A program made the position numbers and the translations under genes. 64,000 nucleotides of DNA, taken from positions 32,001 to 96,000 of the forward strand of contig CBEUCH010000011.1 of NCBI GenBank assembly GCA_965541585.1, given 5' to 3'. The DNA comes from an uncultured bacterium (lineage in GTDB: Bacteria; Zixibacteria; MSB-5A5; UBA10806). This document shows, in pieces, positions 19,627 through 28,164 of the stretch (positions are counted from its first letter, which is position 1; each line of letters begins with the position of its first letter). Below the pieces are notes generated by a model. The model worked only from the letters and a program-made list of their open reading frames with translations, did not search any database and had not been told where the DNA came from.

Positions 19627-21391
19627 ACGGTTATTATTTAATACCCTTTTATTTATAGCCATTCTTACGATAGAGGTTCTTGCCCTGTCAGTAACGTCCT
19701 CGGTAGATCTGAACGAGGTGGAGCTGGGAAACCCGATCAATCTGAGCATTACCATAGAGGGGCGCGGCGGATCGCTGCCTGACCCGATACTCCCCGACCT
19801 GTCCGACTTCGATGTGTATTCGTCCGGGAGGAACCAGAGTATTTCCATCGTTAACGGCGCTTTTTCATCATCTCTCGAGATGAATTATACGCTTGTGCCA
19901 AAGAAGATTGGTAAACTCATTATCGGGCCTATAGTGGTCAAAAACAAAAGAGAGATGGTGGCCTCAGATCCCATAAAAATCACTGTAAAGCAGCCGGGGT
20001 CCCTGCAAAAGAAGCCTCAGGCGGGGCGGAAATCGACTACGAAACGGGACCAGAAACAACGGGACGATTTTTTTATAGAGCAAGCAGTTAATAAAACAAG
20101 GCCGTACGTCGGTGAACAGGTAACGCTGACACTCAAATTTTACCAGGGCGTTAACCTCTGGGAGCAACCTTCGCTCGAATGGCCAGAGTATGCCGGGTTT
20201 ACGGTGGAGGATTTGCCGCCGAACTCTCGTTCCTACCAGAATGTAAACGGTAAGAGGTATCTGGTTACCGAAATCAGGCGGGCTCTATTTCCCATTACCT
20301 CCGGTAAGGTTACCCTTGATACACCGCGATTGACGATCAAATCCGATGATTTCGGCAGTATGAGGAACCCTTTCAGTCTATTTGACAGAGATTCTTCGAG
20401 GCGGGGAAGACCCAGGGTACTCACTGCAAAACCGATTGCGTTGAACGTTAAGCCGCTGCCGCAGAAAAGGAAACCGGGAGATTTTTCGGGAGCCGTGGGC
20501 GCTTACAAGATTCGGGCGCAGGTCGACAAAGACTCCGTAGGAGTCGATGAGCCGATTACACTGAAAGTAACTTTATCAGGGACGGGCAATATAAAATCAT
20601 TGCCACCCGTGCAGATACCCGAACTTCCGGATTTCAGAGTTTACGAATCGGGAAAGACTGAATCGATCAACAACAAGGGGCGCGTTGTCTCAGGCTCGAA
20701 GACATTTGAACAGGCTATCATCCCCAGAACATCCGGAGTTTTCACGATACCATCCCTGGAGTATAGCTATTTCGACCCTGGCCGGGGTGTTTATAAAGCT
20801 ATCAGCACGGGGCCGATCCGAATTGCGGCCACAGGCGAGGGGCTTGTCGACGTTGGCGGTGCACCGAAGAACATCATAGATGCCTCGATGAGATCGTTTG
20901 CCTATATAATCACCGAATTTCCCGAACCGGCAAATAATATTGATCTATCATCTCGTCTCTGGTTCTGGTTATTGCAGGGAATACCGATAATCGGCGTGAT
21001 CGCTGCAGTGGTAGCCCGTTCGCATTACAGGAAACTTCTCGGGGATAGAAGCTATGCTCGCCGGATAGCTGCGACAAAAAGATCGAAATCGGTCTTCAAG
21101 TCCGCTGTGGTGAAAAAAAGGTCGGGGGATTTGCCAGGCTACTGTGGAGATCTTTACGATGCCGTGACAGGATTTATTGCCGACAGGCTTGATCTGGAGA
21201 GATCAGGACTAACCGTCGATGCTTTGCGTACCAGTGATCGAATTCCAGCCGAAATTACAGACGATTTGACCAATTTTCTCGAGAATTGCCAGACCGCCAG
21301 ATTTGCGCCTTCCAGCCTTGAAACGAAGGCCGCCGATGATCTGCTGGAGGAAGCATCGAACCTGATGCGGCGGCTGGAGAAAACGATATGA
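19616..21391 (+). CDS. batD: BatD family protein
   Basis: SISIVNG; YVGEQV; FSGAVG; GTGNIK; YSYFDP; C-terminal TM and ARFAP. Confidence 0.88.
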   Translation: MIGRRLLFNTLLFIAILTIEVLALSVTSSVDLNEVELGNPINLSITIEGRGGSLPDPILPDLSDFDVYSSGRNQSISIVNGAFSSSLEMNYTLVPKKIGKLIIGPIVVKNKREMVASDPIKITVKQPGSLQKKPQAGRKSTTKRDQKQRDDFFIEQAVNKTRPYVGEQVTLTLKFYQGVNLWEQPSLEWPEYAGFTVEDLPPNSRSYQNVNGKRYLVTEIRRALFPITSGKVTLDTPRLTIKSDDFGSMRNPFSLFDRDSSRRGRPRVLTAKPIALNVKPLPQKRKPGDFSGAVGAYKIRAQVDKDSVGVDEPITLKVTLSGTGNIKSLPPVQIPELPDFRVYESGKTESINNKGRVVSGSKTFEQAIIPRTSGVFTIPSLEYSYFDPGRGVYKAISTGPIRIAATGEGLVDVGGAPKNIIDASMRSFAYIITEFPEPANNIDLSSRLWFWLLQGIPIIGVIAAVVARSHYRKLLGDRSYARRIAATKRSKSVFKSAVVKKRSGDLPGYCGDLYDAVTGFIADRLDLERSGLTVDALRTSDRIPAEITDDLTNFLENCQTARFAPSSLETKAADDLLEEASNLMRRLEKTI

Positions 21392-22143
21392 AGCGATTTG
21401 GCGCACTTTTGTCCATAGTCCTGGCTGTAGTTCAATCAACTGCATTGGCAACTACAAATGAGGCCCTGTGGCATGAAGCCGCCGAATCCTATGACCGGGG
21501 GGACTACTCATCCGCCGTCGAAAAATACAACAAAATATTAGAACGTGGCTTTTCAAGTCCGGAGTTGTACTATAATCTTGGCAATTCATATTTCAAATCC
21601 GAAAGGCTGGGGGCCTCCATATGGGCTTACCGCAGGGCCTTGAAACTCGATCCAGACATGAAGCAGGCAAAATCCAATCTTCAGTACGTTCGCACATTTA
21701 ATGCCGATGAGATCGAGGGGAGACCAGGAGGATTCGTTCTCGATATCTGGTATTTTCTTACAGGACTTCTTACATCCAATGGTTATCTGATACTTTTCGC
21801 CGTGACATGGTGGATAATGGGGCTGGTGGCGGGCTTTATGATCGTTAGACCCGGCCCCGGGCCGACAGCCCATTATCTATTGATAGTCAGCGTCACAATT
21901 GCTATCTTTGCAGGCGCGGCATCGTTCAGAAGAATCAAACTGGACCGGCTTACGACGTGGGGAGTTCTGACGGCACAGGCGGCTGATATCCGCGAAGGCC
22001 CCGGAACAGATTTTCAGAAAATCGAAATCGGTCACGAGGGGTTGGAGTTTAAAATTCTCGGGGAGAGAGAGGACAGTTACTTAATTGAGTTGGGAAATAG
22101 CCTGATGGGCTGGGTCGAAAAAGAGGCCGTACTTATAATTTGA
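21388..22143 (+). CDS. batE: BatE (TPR + TM + SH3-like)
   Basis: LYYNLGNSYFK TPR; two TMs; IREGPG...HEG...GWV SH3-like end. Confidence 0.85.
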   Translation: MKRFGALLSIVLAVVQSTALATTNEALWHEAAESYDRGDYSSAVEKYNKILERGFSSPELYYNLGNSYFKSERLGASIWAYRRALKLDPDMKQAKSNLQYVRTFNADEIEGRPGGFVLDIWYFLTGLLTSNGYLILFAVTWWIMGLVAGFMIVRPGPGPTAHYLLIVSVTIAIFAGAASFRRIKLDRLTTWGVLTAQAADIREGPGTDFQKIEIGHEGLEFKILGEREDSYLIELGNSLMGWVEKEAVLII

Positions 22144-23189
22144 ATTTCATCAAGAGAAAAAGGTTTTGGGGGCTTCTGCTCGCAGCCGGTTTACTGGTTT
22201 ACTGTTTTTACGATTTTGATTTCAACAGAGTTCTGGCCGCTCTTTCGTCTCTGAACATCAGATACCTGATCCCGCTTATATTTCTGGAAATCGCCATTGC
22301 CTTTGTACGTGGCGCCAGGCTCAAGATTATCATCGATCCGATCAAACGTGTCGGCATTACTCAAATATTTGCTATCTATAGCATAGGAATGATGACCAAC
22401 CTGTTAATGCCTTTTCTAACCGGCCAGGTGGCTCGTCTATATATAATAAGCAAGAAAACGGAGCTTCCGAAGACCTTTGTTTTTACCACCACGGTTCTAG
22501 AGGTACTGTTCGACGGGATGGCGCTTCTCGGTATCATTTTGCTGATTTCGCTTTTTATTGTTATTCCGACCCAGTTTAAAGCGTGGCATTTCATCGTGCT
22601 GGGGGTCATAGTCCTGGCGGTACTGATTTCACTTTTTGTGTTGTCGAGATCCCACGGGAAGAGCCACGATTTTCTCGGCAGGCTCACGATCCACCTGCCT
22701 CCGGCCACGAAAAGGAGAATCGATGATATAAAGAATTCATTCCTATCCGGTCTTCAGCTCCTCAGGAGCACGAAGCATCTGTTCGTTGTATCTGCACTGA
22801 CACTGTTATCATGGCTGGCCCAGGCGGCCTTAGTTTACATGCTCGTTCTCGCATTCGGGTATTCCATAAGCTTGTGGGGCGCTGTAATTATCACCGCCGT
22901 GGTAACGATAATGATGACCCTGGTGATATCACCCTGGAATATAGGCACATTTCAGGGAGCCACGGTTGCGGCCATGCAACCTTTTAGCATAACAAAACCG
23001 GAGGCGCTGGCGTTTTCATTCTTGCTTCATATCTTCGTCTACCTTCCCCCTGTCATGCTCGGCGCTTTTTTCTCATTTAAGGAAGGGTTGACTTTTAAGG
23101 AGTTGAGGGACGAAGGCGAGAAGGGGGTCGAGGAGATGGAGATGGCCGACGCGGTAACCTCTACGGATGAAAACTCTCCGGCGAAGTAA
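22140..23189 (+). CDS. Lysylphosphatidylglycerol synthase TM-domain / UPF0104 flippase-like membrane protein
   Basis: Multi-TM; NLLMPFLTGQVAR; EVLFD; SPWNIGTFQ. Confidence 0.75.
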   Translation: MNFIKRKRFWGLLLAAGLLVYCFYDFDFNRVLAALSSLNIRYLIPLIFLEIAIAFVRGARLKIIIDPIKRVGITQIFAIYSIGMMTNLLMPFLTGQVARLYIISKKTELPKTFVFTTTVLEVLFDGMALLGIILLISLFIVIPTQFKAWHFIVLGVIVLAVLISLFVLSRSHGKSHDFLGRLTIHLPPATKRRIDDIKNSFLSGLQLLRSTKHLFVVSALTLLSWLAQAALVYMLVLAFGYSISLWGAVIITAVVTIMMTLVISPWNIGTFQGATVAAMQPFSITKPEALAFSFLLHIFVYLPPVMLGAFFSFKEGLTFKELRDEGEKGVEEMEMADAVTSTDENSPAK

Positions 23190-23396
23190 TTGATTTCTGA
23201 ATTTATCCTCGTCTAATAGAGTCGCTCTGAAATCTCAGAGTCAAATGAAGCTTTGCTGCGTTCTTTCAGTCTCTCGAGAAACGCCTATGATCGGGATTAA
23301 GTCTATCCACATTATCAGACAATTTCCAATGGTGGCCGAACGATATTCTGGCTATGCATAAAAGCTTCCACCTACAATAAGTCCTGACCTTTTGTA

Positions 23397-23426
23397 TTGA
23401 CACATCTGTCTATCTAATGTTAACTT
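23397..23426 (+). promoter_or_regulatory. Promoter of nth-corA (possibly leaderless)
   Basis: TTGACA-18 nt-TAACTT with extended TG; the TTG start lies 8 nt downstream. Confidence 0.55.
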
Positions 23427-23434
23427 AACAGACT

Positions 23435-24109
23435 TTGAAAGAGAGTTCGATTGTCAAAAAAGCGAAAAGGATTGACGAGATTCTGGCTGATACCTACGGG
23501 GCCAAAAAGCAAGCGAAATTCCGGAATCCTACCGAGGAGTTGATATTGACCGTTCTATCGCAGAATACGAATGATACGAACAGGGATCGTGCTTTTGCCT
23601 CTCTTAAGAAAAAATATCCTGGCTGGCGCGACGTCGCCGGAGCGAGGCCGGCCGGTATTGCCAGGGCCATCAAGGCCGGGGGACTGGCAAACGTAAAGTC
23701 GAAACGAATTATCAAAATCCTCAAGCAGATTGGTGAAAAGTCGGCCGACTATTCCCTCTGGTTTTTGAAAAAGATGTCGGATCAGGATGCCTGGGATTAC
23801 TTGATGGAGTTCGAGGGCGTTGGCCCCAAAACGGCGAGCTGTGTAATGTTGTTTTCTCTGGGACGGAAAGCCATGCCGGTGGACACCCATGTGCACAGGG
23901 TCAGCGCCAGGCTCGGGCTGATTCCAGACGGTTGTACGGCCGAGGGCGCTCATGATTGGTATGAAGAACTTGCCCTGCCCGTTGGTATCTATCAGTTTCA
24001 TATTAATATGGTTCAGCACGGCCGCACCACCTGTCGTCCTCAAAAACCAAAATGTGAAAAATGTCCTCTCAGAAGGCACTGCATATATTTCAGAGGGCTT
24101 CCCGGATGA
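23435..24109 (+). CDS. nth: Endonuclease III family HhH-GPD DNA glycosylase
   Basis: LSQNT; GVGPKTA HhH motif; VDTHV; CRPQKPKCEKCPLRRHC 4Fe-4S motif. Confidence 0.88.
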   Translation: MKESSIVKKAKRIDEILADTYGAKKQAKFRNPTEELILTVLSQNTNDTNRDRAFASLKKKYPGWRDVAGARPAGIARAIKAGGLANVKSKRIIKILKQIGEKSADYSLWFLKKMSDQDAWDYLMEFEGVGPKTASCVMLFSLGRKAMPVDTHVHRVSARLGLIPDGCTAEGAHDWYEELALPVGIYQFHINMVQHGRTTCRPQKPKCEKCPLRRHCIYFRGLPG

Positions 24110-25071
24110 TTAGAACGCTGAGCTATCATCCCGATGAGGGGGTCAAAGAGCACGAGGGTATGATATCCTTTGCAGAGCTGATCAATGATGACAACTATAC
24201 ATTCTGGGTTGATCTGGAGCGTCCGACTGACGAAGAAGCATATATTCTGACATCGGATTTTGAATTTCACCCTCTTGTTATCGAGGACGTGATAGTTGAA
24301 AAAGCGCTTCCCAAGCTGGATGTTTTCGATAAATATCTATTCCTGGTCTTTTACACGACCTATTACAAAAGCGAGGGCGAGCTCGGCACGAAAGAGATCG
24401 ACCTGTTTTTTGGCAAGAACTATGTTGTCTCTATTCATAACGACGATTTCCCGGTGCTTGATAAGATACGGGATAGATGTTTGAGGGATGAGCGGATACT
24501 CTCCCGGGGTTCGGATTTTGCCTTTCATACCATACTCGATTATATGGTTGATGAGTTCGTCGACGTGCGCAAATCGGTGCAGAAATTTATCGATCAACTG
24601 GAGGAGCAGGTCTTCTCGGGTCAAGCGGAGGCAACTATCCTCAAGAGAATTTTCGAGTTAAAGGAAGATATAGGTTCTCTTAACAGGCTGGCCTCCTCGC
24701 AGAGGCAAATCCTGTGGCGTTTCTCACGTGGTGAATACAAACTGGTTGGGAACGATTCAATTGTATATTATCGCGATGTTTACGATCATCTGAACAGTAT
24801 TGTCGAGCGTGCCCAGAATTTTGACGATATTTTATCCAATATTCTCTCGGTTTATCTATCTATGGCTTCCAATAAGACGAATGAGATAATGAAAACGTTG
24901 ACCATCTTTACAGTCATCCTGCTCCCGTTATCGGTAATATCAGGCATCTACGGGATGAATCTCGACTTTCCCGAAAAACATATACCGGGAAGCTATTTTA
25001 TGGTGTTGGGGATGATGGCTGTGATTATTGTCGGGCTTCTGTTTTTCTTCAAAAGGAAAGATTGGTTCTGA
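24106..25071 (+). CDS. corA: Magnesium/cobalt transporter CorA
   Basis: FHPLVIED; NEIMKTLT; GIYGMN signature; two C-terminal TMs. ATG at 24106 overlaps the nth stop (ATGA). Confidence 0.92.
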   Translation: MIRTLSYHPDEGVKEHEGMISFAELINDDNYTFWVDLERPTDEEAYILTSDFEFHPLVIEDVIVEKALPKLDVFDKYLFLVFYTTYYKSEGELGTKEIDLFFGKNYVVSIHNDDFPVLDKIRDRCLRDERILSRGSDFAFHTILDYMVDEFVDVRKSVQKFIDQLEEQVFSGQAEATILKRIFELKEDIGSLNRLASSQRQILWRFSRGEYKLVGNDSIVYYRDVYDHLNSIVERAQNFDDILSNILSVYLSMASNKTNEIMKTLTIFTVILLPLSVISGIYGMNLDFPEKHIPGSYFMVLGMMAVIIVGLLFFFKRKDWF

Positions 25072-25075
25072 GCTG

Positions 25076-25104
25076 TTGACATTGTAAACGACGATGGCTA
25101 TTAT
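25076..25104 (+). promoter_or_regulatory. Sigma70-type promoter
   Basis: TTGACA-17 nt-TATTAT upstream of the redoxin gene. Confidence 0.7.
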
Positions 25105-25133
25105 TGCGGCAAGTTATTGTCGGAGAGAGTCTA

Positions 25134-25613
25134 ATGGATAACGTCAATGTTTTGAGAACGGGATTTTTTGCGCCGGAGTTTTCTCTTCCGGATACCCGAG
25201 GCCAGATATTCTCGCTAAAGGATAACCTGGTAGAACAATACCTGGCCGTGTGTTTTTTCCCGGCCGAAGTAGATATGAGAATAAGGGGATTCTTGAAGGA
25301 TCTCGATTCGGATCTTCCAAGAACGTCGACTGATATACCGGTCGACGTGGTTGCCATAAGCCCCGAACGCACCAACTCGCTGGTCAAACTTGCTGAGGAA
25401 TTAAAGCTCAATTATCCTGTTCTCTCCGATCACCAACTCACTGTTTCCAATAGATACTATGTCACCGATTCAGATAGCTTCCGGCCATCAGTTCATTTTT
25501 CCATTTTTATAATTGACGATGAACTTATTATTCGTCATAGGGTTAGTGAGGTTCGGGGGATTTCCGGATTCGACTCCGCCGAATTAAGATCGACGATTTC
25601 CAGAATGCTATAA
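25134..25613 (+). CDS. AhpC/TSA (peroxiredoxin/BCP-like) redoxin-fold protein lacking the peroxidatic Cys
   Basis: G..APEFSLPD..G; FFPA; VVAISPE; LNYPVLSD; FIID. GGAGAG RBS before ATG 25134. Confidence 0.7.
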   Translation: MDNVNVLRTGFFAPEFSLPDTRGQIFSLKDNLVEQYLAVCFFPAEVDMRIRGFLKDLDSDLPRTSTDIPVDVVAISPERTNSLVKLAEELKLNYPVLSDHQLTVSNRYYVTDSDSFRPSVHFSIFIIDDELIIRHRVSEVRGISGFDSAELRSTISRML

Positions 25614-25682
25614 GAAAATTATTGAAACTTAGTCTGCAATAGAGTATTAATACTAGTAGAACGGGCGTGAGCCCGATTTGTT

Positions 25683-27059
25683 ATGGGCGATTTGAGAAAT
25701 ATGACGAATGTCATAAATACTACTTTATTGCGATGTCTGCTGACATTGGTTCTTTTGGTGGTGTTCATGAAGGGCAGTGTTGCCGGAGAGACTCTAAGTC
25801 TGGATCTTAGAGCGGCAATTGACTTATCGCTTGAGAACAACGAATTCTACCTGATTGCGAAAGAAGAGGTAGAAAGGGCGGATGGTCAGATAATGGAGGC
25901 GGTATCCAGTGCTCTTCCGCAGGTAACCGGAGGCCTGCGGTACGATAGAAACTGGCGGGTCCCGGTTGGGATTTTCCAGATTGACGATGAGGTCGTCAGC
26001 TTCAGGTTCGGGACGGATAACAATTATATTGCAGATCTCACGGTTACTCAGCCAATCTATTCGGGTGGACGAACATTCACGGCCCTTAAGGCAGCGCGGG
26101 TCTATAAGAAAATGGCGAGGGAAAAAGTGAACATGTCGCGGCAGGATTTGAAGATTCTAGTATTTAGGGGCTTTTATGGAGCCCTATTGGCAGATGAGAT
26201 ATTCAGGGTCAACCGCGAATCTTACAGGCTGGCACAGGAAAACCTCGATGTCGCCAGGAAAATGTACGATCAAGGGATGGTGGCGGAGTATGATCTATTG
26301 CGCGCCAGAGTGGCCGTCTCCAATATTGAACCGCTTGTTATAAAAGCCGAAAATGACGCTGAAGTAGCTGTCAGCAATTTGAAAAACGTTCTGGGTATCG
26401 ATATGGACGTCGAGATTAAGATAGTTGCAGACTATGATTCCAGCCAATTCATATTGCCTCCCATCGATCTGGAATCCGGCAAAGCCGAACTGCGGGAGAA
26501 TAGACCCGAGATTAAGATTAGCCAGAATGAAACTTCGCTCAGCAGACACCTGGTCTCGATCGCAAAAGCCGACTACAGGCCGACTCTTTCTTTTTCAACC
26601 AGCCTGCAATACCAGGCGCAATTCAACGAGGGCAGCGTCTTTGGTAAGAAATGGGATCGTTCATTAAACAGTATTATCATGCTCTCCGTGCCAATTTTCG
26701 ATTCCTGGAGGACTCCCAGCAAAGTCAAACAGGCTAAGGCGAGCTTGGTTCAGAGTAGTCTGAGAGAGGAATATCTAATTAAGAGCATGATCCTTGATTT
26801 CGAACAGAGTCTCGGCAGATATAACGAAGCGCGAAAAAGGCTCTCGGCGCAGGGGGGTGCGGTGGAGCTTGCAAGACGAGGTTTAAGTATAGCAGGAGTT
26901 CGTTACGAAAGCGGGGTCGGGACGCAGCTTGAGGTTTCCGATGCCCGGCTGGCCCTGGCAAAAGCAGAAATCAATAGAGCAGTGGCTTTCCATGATATGG
27001 CGGTAAGCTACGCAACGTTGATAAGAGCCCTGGGCAGAGATATCGAGCCTGTTAATTAG
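25683..27059 (+). CDS. TolC-family outer-membrane efflux protein
   Basis: Two OEP repeats (QPIYSGG; VPIFDSW; RYESGVGTQLEVSDA). Exact start uncertain. Confidence 0.9.
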   Translation: MGDLRNMTNVINTTLLRCLLTLVLLVVFMKGSVAGETLSLDLRAAIDLSLENNEFYLIAKEEVERADGQIMEAVSSALPQVTGGLRYDRNWRVPVGIFQIDDEVVSFRFGTDNNYIADLTVTQPIYSGGRTFTALKAARVYKKMAREKVNMSRQDLKILVFRGFYGALLADEIFRVNRESYRLAQENLDVARKMYDQGMVAEYDLLRARVAVSNIEPLVIKAENDAEVAVSNLKNVLGIDMDVEIKIVADYDSSQFILPPIDLESGKAELRENRPEIKISQNETSLSRHLVSIAKADYRPTLSFSTSLQYQAQFNEGSVFGKKWDRSLNSIIMLSVPIFDSWRTPSKVKQAKASLVQSSLREEYLIKSMILDFEQSLGRYNEARKRLSAQGGAVELARRGLSIAGVRYESGVGTQLEVSDARLALAKAEINRAVAFHDMAVSYATLIRALGRDIEPVN

Positions 27060-27075
27060 CGGCAAAAAGAGGCGT

Positions 27076-28161
27076 ATGATGAACAAAATCCTAAAATTAC
27101 TCTTAATAACCACCGTAATAATGGTAACGTCAACCTGTGGCGATGAGAAGGCTGATGTCGCAGTTGAAGAGAAAGCGATCCCGATTACAGTCTCCTTAGC
27201 AGAATCGGGCGATCTTGCCATTGTAAAGACCTATTCCGGCACACTGGAGGGAGAGAAGCAAGCCGAGATAGTCGCCTCCATCCACGAGGCGATAGTGGAG
27301 CTTCCGGTTTCGGAAGGTGAACGAGTCTCCGCCGGGCAGGTGATCATCATGCTTGATAAAAACGGTTCGGCCTCGAATTACAATCAAGCCTATGCGCTTT
27401 ACCTGGAAGCGAAAGATAACTATCAGAAGATGACAAAACTGCTGGAACAGGGGGCAGTCTCCGAGCAAACCTATATCAGCGCCAGAACCGGTTATGAGGT
27501 TGCGCAGGCCAATTTCAAGGCAGCCGGCAGGCAGGTTGAATTGACCAGCCCCATATCGGGAATACTGACTGAGCTGTCCGTTAATGTCGGTGAATATGCA
27601 CCGATCGGGATTCCTATCGCCACCGTGGCCCAGACCGATAAGATCAGGCTGACTTTATTCGTCGATAGCAGAGGTGCCGGTTTTATCAAAAAGGGTCAAG
27701 GAGCCGTTATAACGGTTGAGTCGATCGGATATTCGGGCAAGAAGTTTGGCGGTTTTGTAACGGAAGTCTCCGGATCGGCCGATCCTCAAACCCGGCTGTT
27801 CACGGTCGATATCAGGATCGATAACGAGAATGGTGATCTGGCCCCGGGGATGTTTGCCAGGGCCGAGATAGTCGTTAACGAGCTTAAATCCATATTGATC
27901 GTTCCCAGGGAAGCAGTTTTCTCAGTGGAAGGAGTGTATAAAGTTTATAAGCTGGAGGGCGACCGTGCCCGGGAGCAATCCATTTATATTGGAGAATCGA
28001 CATCTGAATCAATCCAGATTGTATCAGGTTTGGCTGATGGCGATACGGTGGTGGTTATCGGCCGAAATTTGATTGAGGACGGCTCTCTGGTTAAGATAGC
28101 GGGCAAAGATGACGGCAGCGAGGAAGAAATCATCCAGGGAGAGGCGTCCACGGAAAAGTAA
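27076..28161 (+). CDS. RND efflux periplasmic adaptor (MFP)
   Basis: Lipoprotein-like signal; SPISG; DPQTR; PGMFA; SGLADGD. Confidence 0.92.
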   Translation: MMNKILKLLLITTVIMVTSTCGDEKADVAVEEKAIPITVSLAESGDLAIVKTYSGTLEGEKQAEIVASIHEAIVELPVSEGERVSAGQVIIMLDKNGSASNYNQAYALYLEAKDNYQKMTKLLEQGAVSEQTYISARTGYEVAQANFKAAGRQVELTSPISGILTELSVNVGEYAPIGIPIATVAQTDKIRLTLFVDSRGAGFIKKGQGAVITVESIGYSGKKFGGFVTEVSGSADPQTRLFTVDIRIDNENGDLAPGMFARAEIVVNELKSILIVPREAVFSVEGVYKVYKLEGDRAREQSIYIGESTSESIQIVSGLADGDTVVVIGRNLIEDGSLVKIAGKDDGSEEEIIQGEASTEK

Positions 28162-28164
28162 GCT

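Noticed and set aside
23190..23396. ~200-nt intergenic region with small hairpin CTCTGA/TCAGAG as ncRNA or riboswitch
   Set aside because: No recognisable conserved motif; only a 6-bp stem.
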